Part shown: one piece after another, positions 10,901 through 23,400 of the stretch | Numbering within the stretch: position 1 is the first letter of the stretch | Layout of the letters: each line of letters begins with the position of its first letter | Source: Amphiscolops sp. MND2022 | Lineage: Eukaryota | Direction: 5' to 3' | Length of the DNA: 64,000 nucleotides | Assembly: GCA_964187785.1 (NCBI GenBank) | Contig: OZ076409.1 | Span: 36,582,001 to 36,646,000 of the forward strand | Translations under genes and position numbers: made by a program | The notes under the pieces: generated by a model | Database searches by the model: none | What the model was told of the DNA's origin: nothing | What the model saw: only the letters and a program-made list of their open reading frames with translations

Positions 10901-13900
10901 TTTACAGTATATTTGTTTTTAAAGTCAAAGTTGTTTCTTTATGATGAACGAACGTTTTCAACCTCATATAAAAAAGAATGTAGAAGATTCATTGTGGTTA
11001 GGTGCTATCAAAAATTACTTACTGGGATTCAAAAAATCTTAAATGACCATGCTACTTTTACAGATACAACAGTACCTTTGCTCTTCTTTACCCTTACGAT
11101 CAAAAACGAATGATCAATTAGTCACGGGAAAATCATCGCTAGTCATTCGGAAAAAAGTTAGGAAGCTCCATCCCCAATACTTACTATAAGAACTCAACTT
11201 CGTATCAATGCTAATCCAAAGAGCGCACAACCAGGAATCACGGTATGAAACCTCGTTTTAAAACAACAGGTATGAACGCGCAATTACAGAACCGGTGATG
11301 TCGTAATTTGCCCAGGATTCATAGATTTCCGAGCAATAGAAGTTCTAACGGATGACTTAGGGCAGACTCATCAAATTGTAGAAACCTTTCTTTCCTGCTT
11401 AGATACTCTTCTTCTTTTGTCATTTGTCTACATTGATTTTTAGGAGTCGGAAAAAATTTTCGACTACTTATGCAATCGTGCTGTTTTTTTTTCTCCCGAC
11501 CTTTTCATGAAAATTTTAAATTTCTCAAAAACTGTCCATACGATTTTCACGAAATTTTGCATTCTACACCCAAAGGGGCCCCTGCGTGCGCAAAGGCATC
11601 AAAATCGTATGGTTGGGATGAGAGAAACATAGCCAAAAATGGCCAAAAAACAGCGATTTTTCGTCTTTTTTCGATTTTCTCAAAAACTGTCCATACGATT
11701 CGAACGAAATTTTCTAAAGTTGTTCTACACCATATTAGAGTCTTATATGTGCAATGGCATCAAAATCGTATGACTGGGATGTGAGAAACATAGCCAAAAT
11801 TAGCCTAAAAATGGCCAAAAAACTCATTTTTCGATTTTTTTTCTATTTTCTCAAAAACTGTCCATACGATTCGAATGAAATTTTGTACAGTCATTCTACA
11901 CCATGTTATGGTCCTTTGTGTGTAATTTCAACAAATTCGTATTGCTGGGATGTGAGAAACATAGCCTAAATTAACCCAAAAATGGCCAAAACAGCCATTT
12001 TTCGACTTTTTTTGACTTTTGCTAAAACTGTTCATACGATTCGAAGGAAAATTTTTACAGTCATTTTCTACACCATAGTATGGTCCTATGTGTGCAATTC
12101 CAATAAATTGTTATGACTGGGATTGGGGCGAGTCAGAAGAAAAAAAACCTAAGCCGACTCCTCTACCGCATATGCGGCTCTGGTCATATATGCATCTAAA
12201 TTTTTCTTCTTGCAGAAAATGCATAATTTTTCAACTCATTTTTTCTAGAGTAATCATGTTCAAAAGATTACCGCCTTTTGGTTGATTTAGGCTGAGTAGA
12301 TTTTTGAGTTTTTTCAGAAACAAGACGCCCGCGGACCAGCGGGATATTTTCCGCCCCAAATCTCTTCGAAAAAGACTACTGGACAACAAATTTGTTCCTT
12401 GTTGACTCTTTTCAACATTCCAATCTACGAAGTCTGTCGAAAATTTGACAAAAATTGCATAAAAACTTTGAAAATTGGAAAATTTTGGGTTTTCTGTCAT
12501 TTTCGGTTTCAATTTGATATATTTTTCATTTAGAAAACAGCCATTATCTCTTCGGAAAAGCATACTGGACAACGAATTCCTGCCATTCCTGTCACGCGGA
12601 GCGTTTTCAACATTCTAATCCACGAAGTCTATCGAAAATTTGACAAAAATTGCATAAAAACGTTAAAAATCGAAAAATTTTGGAATTTTTTTTATCATTT
12701 TTGGGGTAATTTTTCTTTTTGAAAAAACGCATTTATCTCCCTAAAGAATACTATTGGACAACGAGTTCGTGTCTTGTTGAACGTTTTCAACATTCTAATC
12801 CACGATGTTTATCGAAAAAATGACAAAAATTGCATTAAAACGTTAAAAGTCGAAAAATTTTGGAATTTTTGTCATTGTTTTGGTAATTTTTCTTTTAAAA
12901 AACCGCATTTATCTCTTCAGAATACTATTGGACAACGAATTCGTGCCTTGTTGAACGTTTTGAACATTCTAATCGACGATGTTTATCGAAAAATGGCAAA
13001 AAATGCATGAAAACGGTGAAAATTGGGAAAGTTTTGAATTTTTGTCATTTTCGGGGTCATTTTTGGGTCATTATGGGGTCATTTCCGTCATTCCCAAAAA
13101 AGTCCAAAAATCTTTACAAATACATATCGCATGGAACTAAATTTATGTCAGTTGAATTCTGTGAATGTACTTCTTCATATTACGTAAACAATAATTCTTG
13201 GCAAATTTTGTATAAAAAAAACCGTTTGATTTAAATATTTTCCTTTCCCATATGAAAGTGAGCCACTTTCATACAATTTTGCTTGATGTTTTTGTTGTTT
13301 TCGGTGAAAAGCAAGACAAATAGCATGTGACTTTCTCAAGTTCGTACTACAAATTCCTCTTTCTCTGCCTTTTTGTACTTCATTTCATTTCAAAATACTT
13401 GAACGAAAGAACTAGTAATTTCAGTTTTCTTTGATATTGAAGATCGTTTTCCGACTTATCTCCTTTGAAACGAAGCTCTTGATGTCTAAATTGAACCAAC
13501 TGAACTTGAACAGATCGAAAAGAGGCATTTGTGGACATTAAGGGTCCATCTGTTAATCCATGATGGGGTTTGATTCTATTTGAGTGTCTTTCGTTTGTAT
13601 CACCGTTTGTCTCCTAAGTTTTCCATATTCCTTCGATGTCGATTTAATTCAAAAGCTAACGAACTATATAGATTCAATTAACGAGCAGATTTTTCAGTCT
13701 TTGTTTCTTTTCCATGAAAAACTTGTTTCAAATTAGCTGTGAACTTCACTTTTGGATGACTTAAAAGATAGGTTGTCGCAAATTTGGCCGACTCTGTTTC
13801 TCAAAAAAAGTCCAATCAAAACCTTTTGATGTAAGAATTCAATCAAATGGACGAGTTGTACTCAAAACATCCTGGCCGGAAAACTGAACAAATAGCATTT

Positions 13901-14877
13901 CAGTGTTATTTGAAGTTGAAGATAGTTTTTTCCGACTTTCATAACTTATTTCTTTTGACTCGTTTCGCGAAATCGCTTTTTTAATCTCGCATTTTATTTG
14001 GGTCTTTTTTGAAAATTAATTACCTTCAAGTTGAATTAAGTGGAGCCGAAGTAAATTAAGTAGCGAAAAATGTTGTCAGTTTATGGCTATTTTAAAGATA
14101 GATGATTTCCCTCCGAATTGTCCTAGCGGTTCCTTTCAAGTAGAGCCTAATCGAAGCCTTCTAATATGTAGTTTGAATCAAGCGAACCAGTTCTGCGAGT
14201 TTTTGCTTCATTTTTAAAATAAATTTTGAATTCCCGAGGAACTATTAGCATTCAGTTAAAATTGTTCGGTGAGCCTTTTGTGCCAACAATGTAAGTGTTA
14301 ACTTATTTCTTTTGGCTAGAAGTCATTTTTGGCGAACAAAAATTTGCCAATAAAACAGTTCTCTCAGTCGTGTGCAAAAGCATTTTTCTCTCGTTTTTCA
14401 TAGGCAAATGAATACATGAAAAGCTTTTATTTTTACTTCAAGTTACCTTTGCAAAAATCCAAGAATCTTATTGAAAACTAGAAAAACTCGTTCTCATCAA
14501 AATTCACTGTTTATCAGTTAAAATAAAATTAAAAGGTCTTTCGTAGACCTTGCCCACCGCCATGAAATTGTTGATTAGTGCTTTTTGCCGTATCTTATAG
14601 GGTGGAAAAAGTGAAAATTTTAATTTTTCAAGTTTGCTCAAAGTTGTTTATTCACCTAAGGCTTTTGTTGATTGTCTGTTTTTTTTTAACGTTGATCCCA
14701 TAATTGATAAAAAATGTATTACACACCAGGGACCGTCTTGCTTAGATTATAACTACATGTAAGTAAACTGAACCTTAAAACCATGTATATGTACCAGCGC
14801 GCAAAATACAAACAATTTATGCATTTTTCACAAATTTTTCAACTTACAGTGATTGTTGGTTCGATGGTGGTCGCCAT
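4611..14877 (-). CDS. Lhx2/9: LIM-homeobox transcription factor of the Lhx2/9 (apterous) class: join of 14848-14877, 7418-7716, 6324-7027, 5607-5884, 4611-4940; 546 aa predicted
   Basis: Two LIM domains, a KGRIRKKK motif (compare Lhx2/9 KGRPRKRK) and the homeodomain KRMRTSFKHNQLQAMKQYFNANHNPDAKDLKSLAQKTGLTKRVLQVWFQNARAKFRR. All introns are GT-AG with matching phases (0,2,1,0); total 1641 nt. The first exon is the least certain part. Confidence 0.93.
5607..5884 (-). CDS. Lhx2/9: Lhx2/9 exon: His tract and homeodomain helices 1-2
   Basis: Acceptor AG 5885-5886; donor CAG|GTAAGC at 5606; encodes HHHRHHHHH and RSKRMRTSFKHNQL...RVLQ. Confidence 0.95.
6324..7027 (-). CDS. Lhx2/9: Lhx2/9 exon: LIM2 domain and Asn/Pro-rich linker
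   Basis: Acceptor ttcttttag at 7028-7029; reads SRCNRCDVPIKPTELVLKAKNFPYHVSCFSCLTCNQIFKPGDQIAFQNNQIFCLTHF; donor G|GTAAG at 6323. Confidence 0.93.
7418..7716 (-). CDS. Lhx2/9: Lhx2/9 exon: LIM1 domain
   Basis: CSGC...WHERCLKCFTC...VYCRKDY; acceptor cattttag at 7717-7718; donor CA|GTAAG at 7417. Confidence 0.93.
9557..10170. mobile_element. Mutator-like foldback MITE with TTGCTACTAG subterminal repeats (in Lhx2/9 intron 1)
   Basis: Inverted arrays of (T)TGCTACTAG / CTAGTAGCAA; termini GGTTAC...GACACC; flanks GTTGTTGC / GTTGTTTC (7/8 match). Confidence 0.7.
11437..12184 (+). mobile_element. Helentron/DINE-1-like non-autonomous element (family 2) with four internal ~170-bp tandem units
   Basis: 5' TTTTT-AGGAGTCGG plus an adjacent partial inverted copy (CGACTACT); 3' subTIR CCGACTCCT (12154-12162) followed by hairpin CCGCATATGCGG (12166-12177). 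Internal units start near 11522, 11678, 11848 and 12019. Confidence 0.7.
12350..13060. repeat. Tandem array of four ~175-190-bp units
   Basis: Recurring GGACAAC...AACATTC(T/C)AATC...TCGAAAA..TG(A/G)CAAAAA.TGCAT units near 12381, 12567, 12757 and 12930. Confidence 0.85.
14848..14877 (-). CDS. Lhx2/9: Candidate first coding exon of Lhx2/9 (MATTIEPTIT)
   Basis: Strong start context GCCATGG, then 10 codons and a phase-0 donor ACT|GTAAGT matching the phase-0 acceptor at 7717. Confidence 0.6.
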
Positions 14878-16150
14878 GGCATTTAGCGAGAGGTGGAAGG
14901 TGCAGGTACAGAGTCAGTTGAAAGATGAATATCCCGAACAGTTGGTGGTTTGCGTTTTGATAATTTGAGTATAGAATCTGGTCTGGGTACTGTTTGTTGT
15001 GTGCCGTCGCGCTCTTAAAGACTGAATTAGAAAAGTAGAGATTTAGAAGAGTAGTAGCGTTGCAGTTTGCTTCGTGCCTTGTTTTTTTAGTCTCAGTGTT
15101 TTTTTCAGCAGCACTACTATTCGGGTCTCCTTAGAGCAAGTTGCAGCTCAATTATTTCAGTTGGTTGTCAATTGGCCCATCAATACAGTGCCCGTGTGAC
15201 GTGAACAGTAAGTGAATAAAATATAACTAATTGGATCGGTAAATTTCGATCGGACGAGGAACAATAAATAAATTTATTCGATACCACAGGCATTTTCTAT
15301 TCATCGTTTGTTTGTAACATACGGATTGTAGCAAAATATTGACAATGTTTAAATAAAATCAGAGTGATGAAATTGCTGTATTTTTTGTTCTCCTCTGAAA
15401 GAAGTTTGGGGGAGCCGAATGAATGGAATGAAACAAGAATTAACAACGGCGATCGGGCAAAAGGGGTTTGATTGGCCAATTACCTGGGGGGATACTTTGT
15501 TGTGCGAAAAAGTAGTCAGAAGGGAGACAATTAGCTCCGATGGGAGAGAAGCAAATTCGGGGTGAGAAGATTCAACAATTAAAATTTAAATTCATTCACT
15601 GCTATAAAGTCGAAATTGTTGACATGAAAGAAAATGCGTAGTTCTTTCAAAACAAATGTAGGAGCTGTGAAACGGAGTTGGCGGCAACGGTAGCAGCGGT
15701 GATGGCAGTGACGGCGGCAATTCACAACACCGGCAAATGGGAGAAAAAGCGCCGCCGAGTAGAGTAGGAAACTGAAAACTGGGAGAGGAGAGGAGAGGAA
15801 AGGGAGAAATGAGAAGCAGAAGAAGAAAAGAGCGCAGAAAATGAAGAAACAAGCTGCTCTAGAGTAGAAGAAGCGAGGAGCAATACCAAAGTCGGTAGAA
15901 GCAGAAGGGCCACCAGGCGATACGCGTTTGAGAGAGCTTGTAAATAGCTCTAATTAGTGCCAACATTTCGTGTATTTTGAGCAGTGTTTACACTTAACAC
16001 AAGATTTAATCGTGTTGTTAACGTCTGATTATTGTCGAAACATTTCCGCTGCTATTGCTCATTAATAACAACACTCACAGCGGACCAGGAGAACTGGGTT
16101 CCAAAAGTCGCTAGCTCTTTTCTTCTCCCGGTATGTTTCTGCTGCTCCTT
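14878..16150 (-). promoter_or_regulatory. Probable 5' UTR/promoter region of Lhx2/9, with a possible UTR intron at 15022-15483
   Basis: No recognisable transposon here; relatively GC-rich, with a CT-rich tract on the minus strand (15770-15900). Donor CAG|GTAAT at 15483 and acceptor tttctaattcag at 15022; ATTGGCCAAT palindrome at 15471-15480. Confidence 0.35.
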
Positions 16151-17153
16151 CTCTCTTCGTAACAACCTCAGAATTTGTAGTAGTTGTACAAAATAACAAC
16201 ACTACTGCTATTCCTCTTCTCAATCATTTTAATTTGGTCGCAACGTTATTATTAGTTGGAGTTCCTTTCTTTTTAAGAGTTAATTAAATTCATGAAATGG
16301 TTCAAAACTTCCGCCCTTGTCAATAGACGTGATACACTTCAACAAAAAATGCGGCTCATTAATATCAAAAATTGAAGATAAGAGCTCTGCTACCTTTTGA
16401 TTCAACAAATGAGCGACCCACGCTAAGCCTTCCTTCAGCCGTTGAGCAACACGATTTGAGGCTGTTTGACGAACTCCGCAATTAGAAGAAACCATGATGC
16501 ATTCAAAATCATGCATGTTCTGCCTGCAGTTTTAGATGACGCAATGGGTGCAGAAACGTCTATAAATTTGAATTAAATCAAAAATATTCGTGTGTGTTTA
16601 GCTTGAAATTGCTTGAAAACTGAGCGGCTGTTATCTGCTTCACGCAAGGTATTGAAAAAATTGGGTGAAATTAATCGAAGATCTATCTATGTTGCTAATA
16701 AAAAGAACGAATGATACATTTGTGTCGAAGTTATGAGAAATTTGAGATAATCGCCTGTTTAAAATGTAGTTGAAAAGCGATTTTACAAGAACACTGAACA
16801 ATACAAATATCATGTAAACTGAAAAGAAGCTTTTAAAAAGATGATAATTGGTTAAAAAACAATTACTGAATAAGACTGTCTATTGATTAGACATGGCATT
16901 TTTCACGATAAAAATATCTTTTTTTTCCGAATGAGGTATTCGAATTTAGGCAAAAAATTCATAATGGCTTTGCTTCTATTGAAAGTTTGATTGCTATACG
17001 ATGGCCTCGATTCACTTTGCAAACTTCTTTTCACAGCAACAGAAAATTCAAGGCATGTAATAAACTACAAAGACCAAACAAACCTACAATTTTTGTTATG
17101 CAATTTCAAACCATCTTAAAAGATTCTTCTAAGATATCCCTGAAGAGAATGTA

Positions 17154-17502
17154 TTTTTAGTCGGCGCTTTTGAACTACGGAGGTTCAAAACACTCGAAAC
17201 CTCAGAACCTCGCCAAAACAAGGGGAAACAAAACAGACGTCCAGAACCTCGGAGACATACTAAGGATACCCCTTTGGCTATCTTGGTGTTTTTCACTTCG
17301 ATTTTTTCGGCACTAAAACTCTTTTTTGAAAATTTTTGGATTGCACAAAAGAGTCCCCCTTCATTTGTTTCGATGTTTTACAACAGAATGGATGTTAAAA
17401 AATCCCAAAGGGTTCCCCTTCTACATTTTTTGGAACTGTGACCCTTCAAAACTTTCTTGGTGACATTTCGAAATTTTTTAAAAGTCTCCAAATGGTCCCC
17501 CC
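17154..17502 (+). mobile_element. Helentron/DINE-1-like family 1 copy, 3'-truncated
   Basis: Starts TTTTTAGTCGGCGC; the body matches the reverse complement of 40720-41050. Confidence 0.65.
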
Positions 17503-18812
17503 TGCAAAGTCTACTAAGAGATGCATCTCGATTGAAAAATCTTTCACGATATGCATGGAATACAGCCGCTATAGTTTGGTTGGCTTGAAAACGTTTGAAA
17601 ACCTACTTGAAAAGCTTGCAAATATGCAGAAAACCTTACCAATTTGAAAAAAAAACATGCCAATGCCTCATCTCGGCGACCATGTTTCATAGTTTAAACA
17701 TAATATGATTCCATTATGTTCCACTGTAAGATCCATCCATCGTTTTCAAAATAAGATCAGAGTACGAGAAACCTTGAAAGTCAGACAAAAATTGAGATTT
17801 CGGACGACAAGCTTTTGTAAACAAAGTTCACCACTTGATTACCGAGTCTTTATGCCGAATTTGTAGGGAGGCACCTAGCTCGTGGGAAACATAGTATATC
17901 ACCTGACAGGACCCACGACAATAGCGTTGTTCGTTTCGCCGATTTGACAAAAGTAGTAATATTATCGTCTCTCTCGGCAGTAAATTTCCGAAACAATTTC
18001 GACAAAATTATGACGAAAATTTTTTTTTATTCGAAATGCGTTTTCTTCAAAAGATGCATAAATTTGAATAATCTTGCAACAAAAGTGTTCTGACAGTGTC
18101 TGGCAAGGTTTTCAAAGGCAAAAGCTTTGCTAAAAAAATTGAAGATTTAGGGTTTCTTGCATCTAGGCACTGCGTCATTTTTTATTTAAATACAATTCTT
18201 TTGACTCATTTCAAATTTTCACCTCGAAATTCAAGAAAATCACACATTGTCCTAAAAACCCACAGAGAATTTCAGTCGATGCTCTTGATAGAAAACGCAA
18301 ACTATTGTAGTTGTTTTTTTAGAGACCACACGAACAGACAGATTCTATAAGGTTATAAAAATCTTTGTGGTTCCGCCATTTCACTTGCGCTTAGCTATTT
18401 GGTTACCGAGAGTGTCTGCGTGGTGACAGTGGCTGAGGAGCAGGAGTAAATGTGTTCCAATCCGTGTTGGTAAACATTTTGAAGCATTTGGAAGACTAGA
18501 ATAGGTCAACTGCCTGCCGTTTCGGTTTTTTATCACTATGCGACTTTTTTGGAAAGATGTTTCTCACAAGTTTGGGCGTTTGGTGTTTTTTTGTGAGAGA
18601 AGTTGAATTTCTGTTTTTCGAGTTGCAAGGGTGCCTTCTTTCGTTTCTCTATAGTCCTGTGAGATGGAGATAGTTTTCTAAGTGATTGTTCTTGGCATAT
18701 TGAAAAACTATGCTTTTTAGGGCCCTAATTTGAGCCGTTCTCTCAATAATTTGTTTCATAAGAGCAAAATTGTGGTATGAGAGAGTTTTTACATTTAGGT
18801 CATTTTCTTGAA

Positions 18813-20462
18813 TTTTACGTCTGCAACTTAAACGGACAATAACACTTACCAAGCTTTACGACGGCCTGGTTGACAACTTGCGAACAAAACTAAAGCTGAT
18901 TTGTCCATGAAAGGCACTTGCAAAATTCACTACACAAAATAAATTTGAGATTTCCTTCCGTTTCAATCATTGGACAATATCTCTAGTAAAGTATCTTGTT
19001 TTTCAGAATAAAGGTAATTCCACTCAATCAGCAGGAGTTCAAATGAACGTTATCCTTCCTCAAGTGCTTTTTGCTAAACACTTGTCTAGAAATTCCGCTG
19101 AATTTCCAGCCTTCTCGACAAGAAGCTAGTAAAGAATTGCTTCTTTTGCTTGATGAGGTTCAAAGTTGCGTAAAGATATACTAAGCACGAAAACCCTTTT
19201 GGTTTTGGTTAATAAAAGATTTACAAGATCGGATATCTGTCAAACTGAATTTTCTGATGTAGTGGCAAACAGGTTGTTACAACCTATAAATAGGACGATG
19301 ATATCATAAAGATGCTTGTGGGTATAAAATTGTAAACCTGTTCAATTTTTGCTCCAGGCAGTAATAAAACGCTAAAGTAAGCAATATCGAGCCCTTTTCC
19401 TTGGGTATCCGAAAATAACAGGTTTCTGGTTTTTGAAACTTTAAAAACATGATATCGCATCGATCTTCAATAAAAAATTCGGCTAGAGTTACTTTGAATA
19501 AGTTCCCGAAGTTGGTGAAGCAATTACTGCATCTTTGACTTTGTACTTATTCTGTTTCACAAACATGAAGTAACTTTGGACTTTTAAACGATGACTATAG
19601 GAATCATTTTAGCTGTCTTGATGAGCGGTAGCGTTGTTGATCTGCTAAACCAAATAACAACTCCAAATCCTTGCGTCCACAATAGCTTTCTCAAGCAGAA
19701 ATATCGCAACCATATGCAATATAGGTAAACTGATGTTGGAATTTCGAAACATAAGAATGTCACTTGCTCAACTCTACAAAAGCTCTTTAATGGCCAGAGT
19801 TAACTGAAATAATCGCTCGAGAAACTTTCAACCTTTCACTTTCTTCAAAACTTGAGTAGCAAAGTCGACCAATTTGAATCTCTACTTTGTTGTGTCTCTT
19901 TTAGAAGTTAACTCTGGTTACTTTAGCATACAGGAAATGCCCCAGGATGGATGTTTATAGTTAAATTTATCATGACCATAAAAGCGCCTTGAAATATAGA
20001 ACCAGTTGATACAAATTTTTTATCTGAGTTGTAAGTATTCACCAAAATATGTAAAAGTATATATAAAAGCATACCTTCAAGCAAAATTAAGGCCTAGATT
20101 TACACTTGTTATTTGCTGTTAAATAATTAGCGATGTTCTCAAATAGTCCTTGTGGGTCCTAGAAACACCGCCGTAGCCCGAATATTGCGTTCATATCCAC
20201 TTAAAGACAATAAACAAATATTAAAGTCCAAATATACAATGACTTTGGATAAATGATCGAAAATGACCCAGAAGACAAGACTTTAATTTTCTGGCTCCGG
20301 TTTCTATTTTTTGGTCTAGATTTCTCATTTAGGTCAAAGTATGTCGAAGGGAAGAAAAACAAGCACTCAAATCCAGTTCCACACATTATTACAGCATTTT
20401 GAAACTAGCCAAATCGACATATTTTTTCTTCTTTTTTCCAAACATAGTTTGAGGCACCAACA
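18813..20462 (-). repeat. 3' LTR (1650 bp)
   Basis: Colinear with 25948-27561; begins TGTTG on the minus strand right after the integrase tail. Confidence 0.9.
18815..19450 (-). pseudogene. SGNH/GDSL esterase-like coding region in the 3' LTR (frameshifted)
   Basis: Reads RNLLFSDTQGKGLDIAYFSVLLLPGAKIEQ, then YDIIVLFIGCNNL and DNVHLN. Confidence 0.7.
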
Positions 20463-23400
20463 CGTTCAAAAAGTGGCGCCAGTTTAACCACAGGTCGTTT
20501 CAAGTTTCCATCGACAGTTTTGATCAATGCTGACCTCACAATACCATTTTTTCCAGGGTAAACTTCCAAGACGCGTGCCATCTTGTAGTGAGACCGTTAT
20601 ACATTGTTTTCTATCAACCAAACAAGATCTCCAATTTCAAGGTTTGGTCTCGATTTGTTCCATTGAGCTCTCGCATTGTTCTGAGGAAGGTATTCTTTAA
20701 CCCATCGCTTCCAAATCATGTCTGCATAAGCTTGGCCTGATCTAAACATCTTTCTATGATTGGCATAAACCTCTGCGGTTGGAAAAAACGGAATACAAAC
20801 ATTCGCACGCCCTACAATAAAATGATTGGATGTAAGTGCTCCAAGATCTTCGGGAACATCGCTTGCTGAAGTAATAGGACGCGCATTCAATGTTTGATCC
20901 ACTAAGCACATAGTAGTTAACTAAACTTCATCTGTAAGTGATCGACTACCCAATATAGCCACCATTTTTTTCTTGCAGCTTTTAACCAATCTCTCCCATA
21001 CACCATCAAAATGTGGCGCCCGAGGAGGGTTAAAGTTGCATAAAATGTGCTTTTGGGCCAACTCTGACGTAGTTTGGTCATGATTCCACGAGTTGATGTA
21101 TTCTTCCAATTCTCTCGCAGATCCAACGAAGTTGGTACCGTTATCACTAATGATAGTCCTCGGCTTGCCCCGTCTAACAAAAAACCTGTTGATAGCTAGC
21201 ACGCAAGAATCTGTGTCAAGGCTTCGGACTTCGTCAATGTGTACTACTCTGGTGATCAAACATGTAAACAAACAGCACCAATGTTTCATATATTTCGTAA
21301 CAATTTAATTTGAAACGGACCAAAATAATCCACCCCGAACTTTGGTAAACGGGTATGATTGATAATCAAGTCACTCTGGGGGTGAATTGGCTTATGAGTG
21401 GGGTTTTATTCTGTGCGCATAATTTCCGACAGAATACACAACTAGTTTTGATACTTCTCAAAGCGTTCCGTAACCCTATTATCCAAAATTTCTGTTGAGT
21501 AACACTTCTCACATACTCAACACCTTCATGGTTGTGTTCCAAGTGTAGATCTCGCAGCATGGTTATCACCATGTCGTGTTTCGTAGATACAACAATACAG
21601 GGTGACGTTGTTCAAATCTTGAATTGGCATGTTTGATGCGACCCCTAATTCTGATAACGCCTTTTTCATCAAAAAAGGGTACAAATTTGAAAGATTCCCT
21701 CCTTTTTTAGATTTACTGAAACTTTCTTTTTCACTGAAAAGTTCTGGGAAAGATTCTTTTTGAATCATTTTCAAAAGTCGTTCTTCTGCTCGGTCCAATG
21801 CTTCAAGGGGTAAAAATTTAAATTGACGTTTATACTTCAAACGCAAACAAAACGAGCTAACACGGACGCATTTTGAGAAACTACGGAATTTATTCCAATA
21901 AATTGGTGGCTCCTGAGTCATACTGTGTTCGCAATTGCTGCAACTTCAGGAAGATGATCAGAACCCACATTAATTGACTGCAAAAATAAAGGCCAATCAT
22001 CAGGATGGTCTTTCAATCAAGAAGGTTCGGTTGACCAATCACTTTCGGGTAACTTTTCCACCGTTAACCAACGAGTTCCAATATCAGATGGATTCAACTC
22101 GCCTCGGATCTGTTTCCATTCATCAATGGTGGAGTTTTCCAGAAATTCAGCTGCTCTGTTGGCAACAAGAACATTTTGTTTTTTGTCCGCTGAGTTTAAC
22201 CATTTCAATACAGTAACGGAATCTGTCCTCTGAGTAACACTTTTGATAGGTATATCGCGTTCTTGAATAATCAACTTTCTCAACCTCACGGAATAAAAGG
22301 CTGCTTGTAGCTCAAGACGTGGAATGGACAACTGTTTGATAGGAGCTGTTCTGCATTTACCTATTACCAACGACACTTCGATGCCATCTTCTACTTTTGC
22401 TCGAAAATTTCAACAATGCACATTGCTTTCAATGAGGCATCACTGAAAATATGTAATTGCACGTTCTTGGGAATATTAGTAAAAAATTTCCGACGAAGAG
22501 TAATCTGCTTAATCGTCTGCTTTTCCTTTAGCCACCCGAAGAAGATTCGCTTATCTTCATCACTGAAGTTTTCATCCCATGACTGTCCAAACGAATCCAA
22601 ATACTCTTCAAAAGCATTCTAATTGGCATGGTAAACGGTGCAAAGATTTCCATGGGATCACATACCGACGAAACAAAAGATAACACGACTCCTTGCGTTA
22701 CTTCTTGTGGACATTCCTCGTTTGGTCCTCGGCAGACTTGAAGAGTATCTGCATCTATAATCCATTCGAGACCTAGGATGGGTGATGATTCAGCACTCGA
22801 AGTAAATTCATTAGATTTCAACAAATCTTCCGAAGGAATACTTTCAAGCACTTCAGGACAATTGCTCGCCCACTCCTTCAAAGTGTAGCCACTGAGCCTC
22901 AGCGTTTCCACCAACTGATGCTAACATTCTAAGGCCTCTTGTGGTGTATAAACACTCATGACAAGATCATCCATATAGAAGTATCTGTCTCTTGTAGCGG
23001 CTGCCACAGGAAACTCCCTTTGGTTATCTCTACCGCTTTGTTGGGAGCCATAATTGGCACACGTTGGAGATTTCTTTGCTCCAAACACATGCCTATTGTA
23101 CTCAAACATTCCCAAGTTATCATCTGGCTTGTCGCACCAGAGAAAACGTAAACTTCTACATTCTTCCTTTGGAACTGCTACTTGTAAAAACATAGACTCT
23201 ATTTCGGCAGTGATTGCTATCTGATATTCTCTGAGCCTAAAAACAATTCAAATAGATTCGGCAATAAGTCAGGTCCACTCAATAGTTTATTATTCAATGA
23301 GATTCCCTTGAACTTTGAGGTTGCGTTGCAAACTCTTCTGATTTTGCCTGGTTTGTTCGGATACTTTGTTGGGTGATGAGGTAAGTACCATTACAAATCT

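Noticed and set aside
11470..13234. Cluster of short similar ORFs
   Set aside because: Products of tandem-repeat units with no consistent frame.
15592..15913. Leu/Ser/Pro-rich ORFs resembling signal peptides
   Set aside because: Translation of a CT-rich low-complexity tract.
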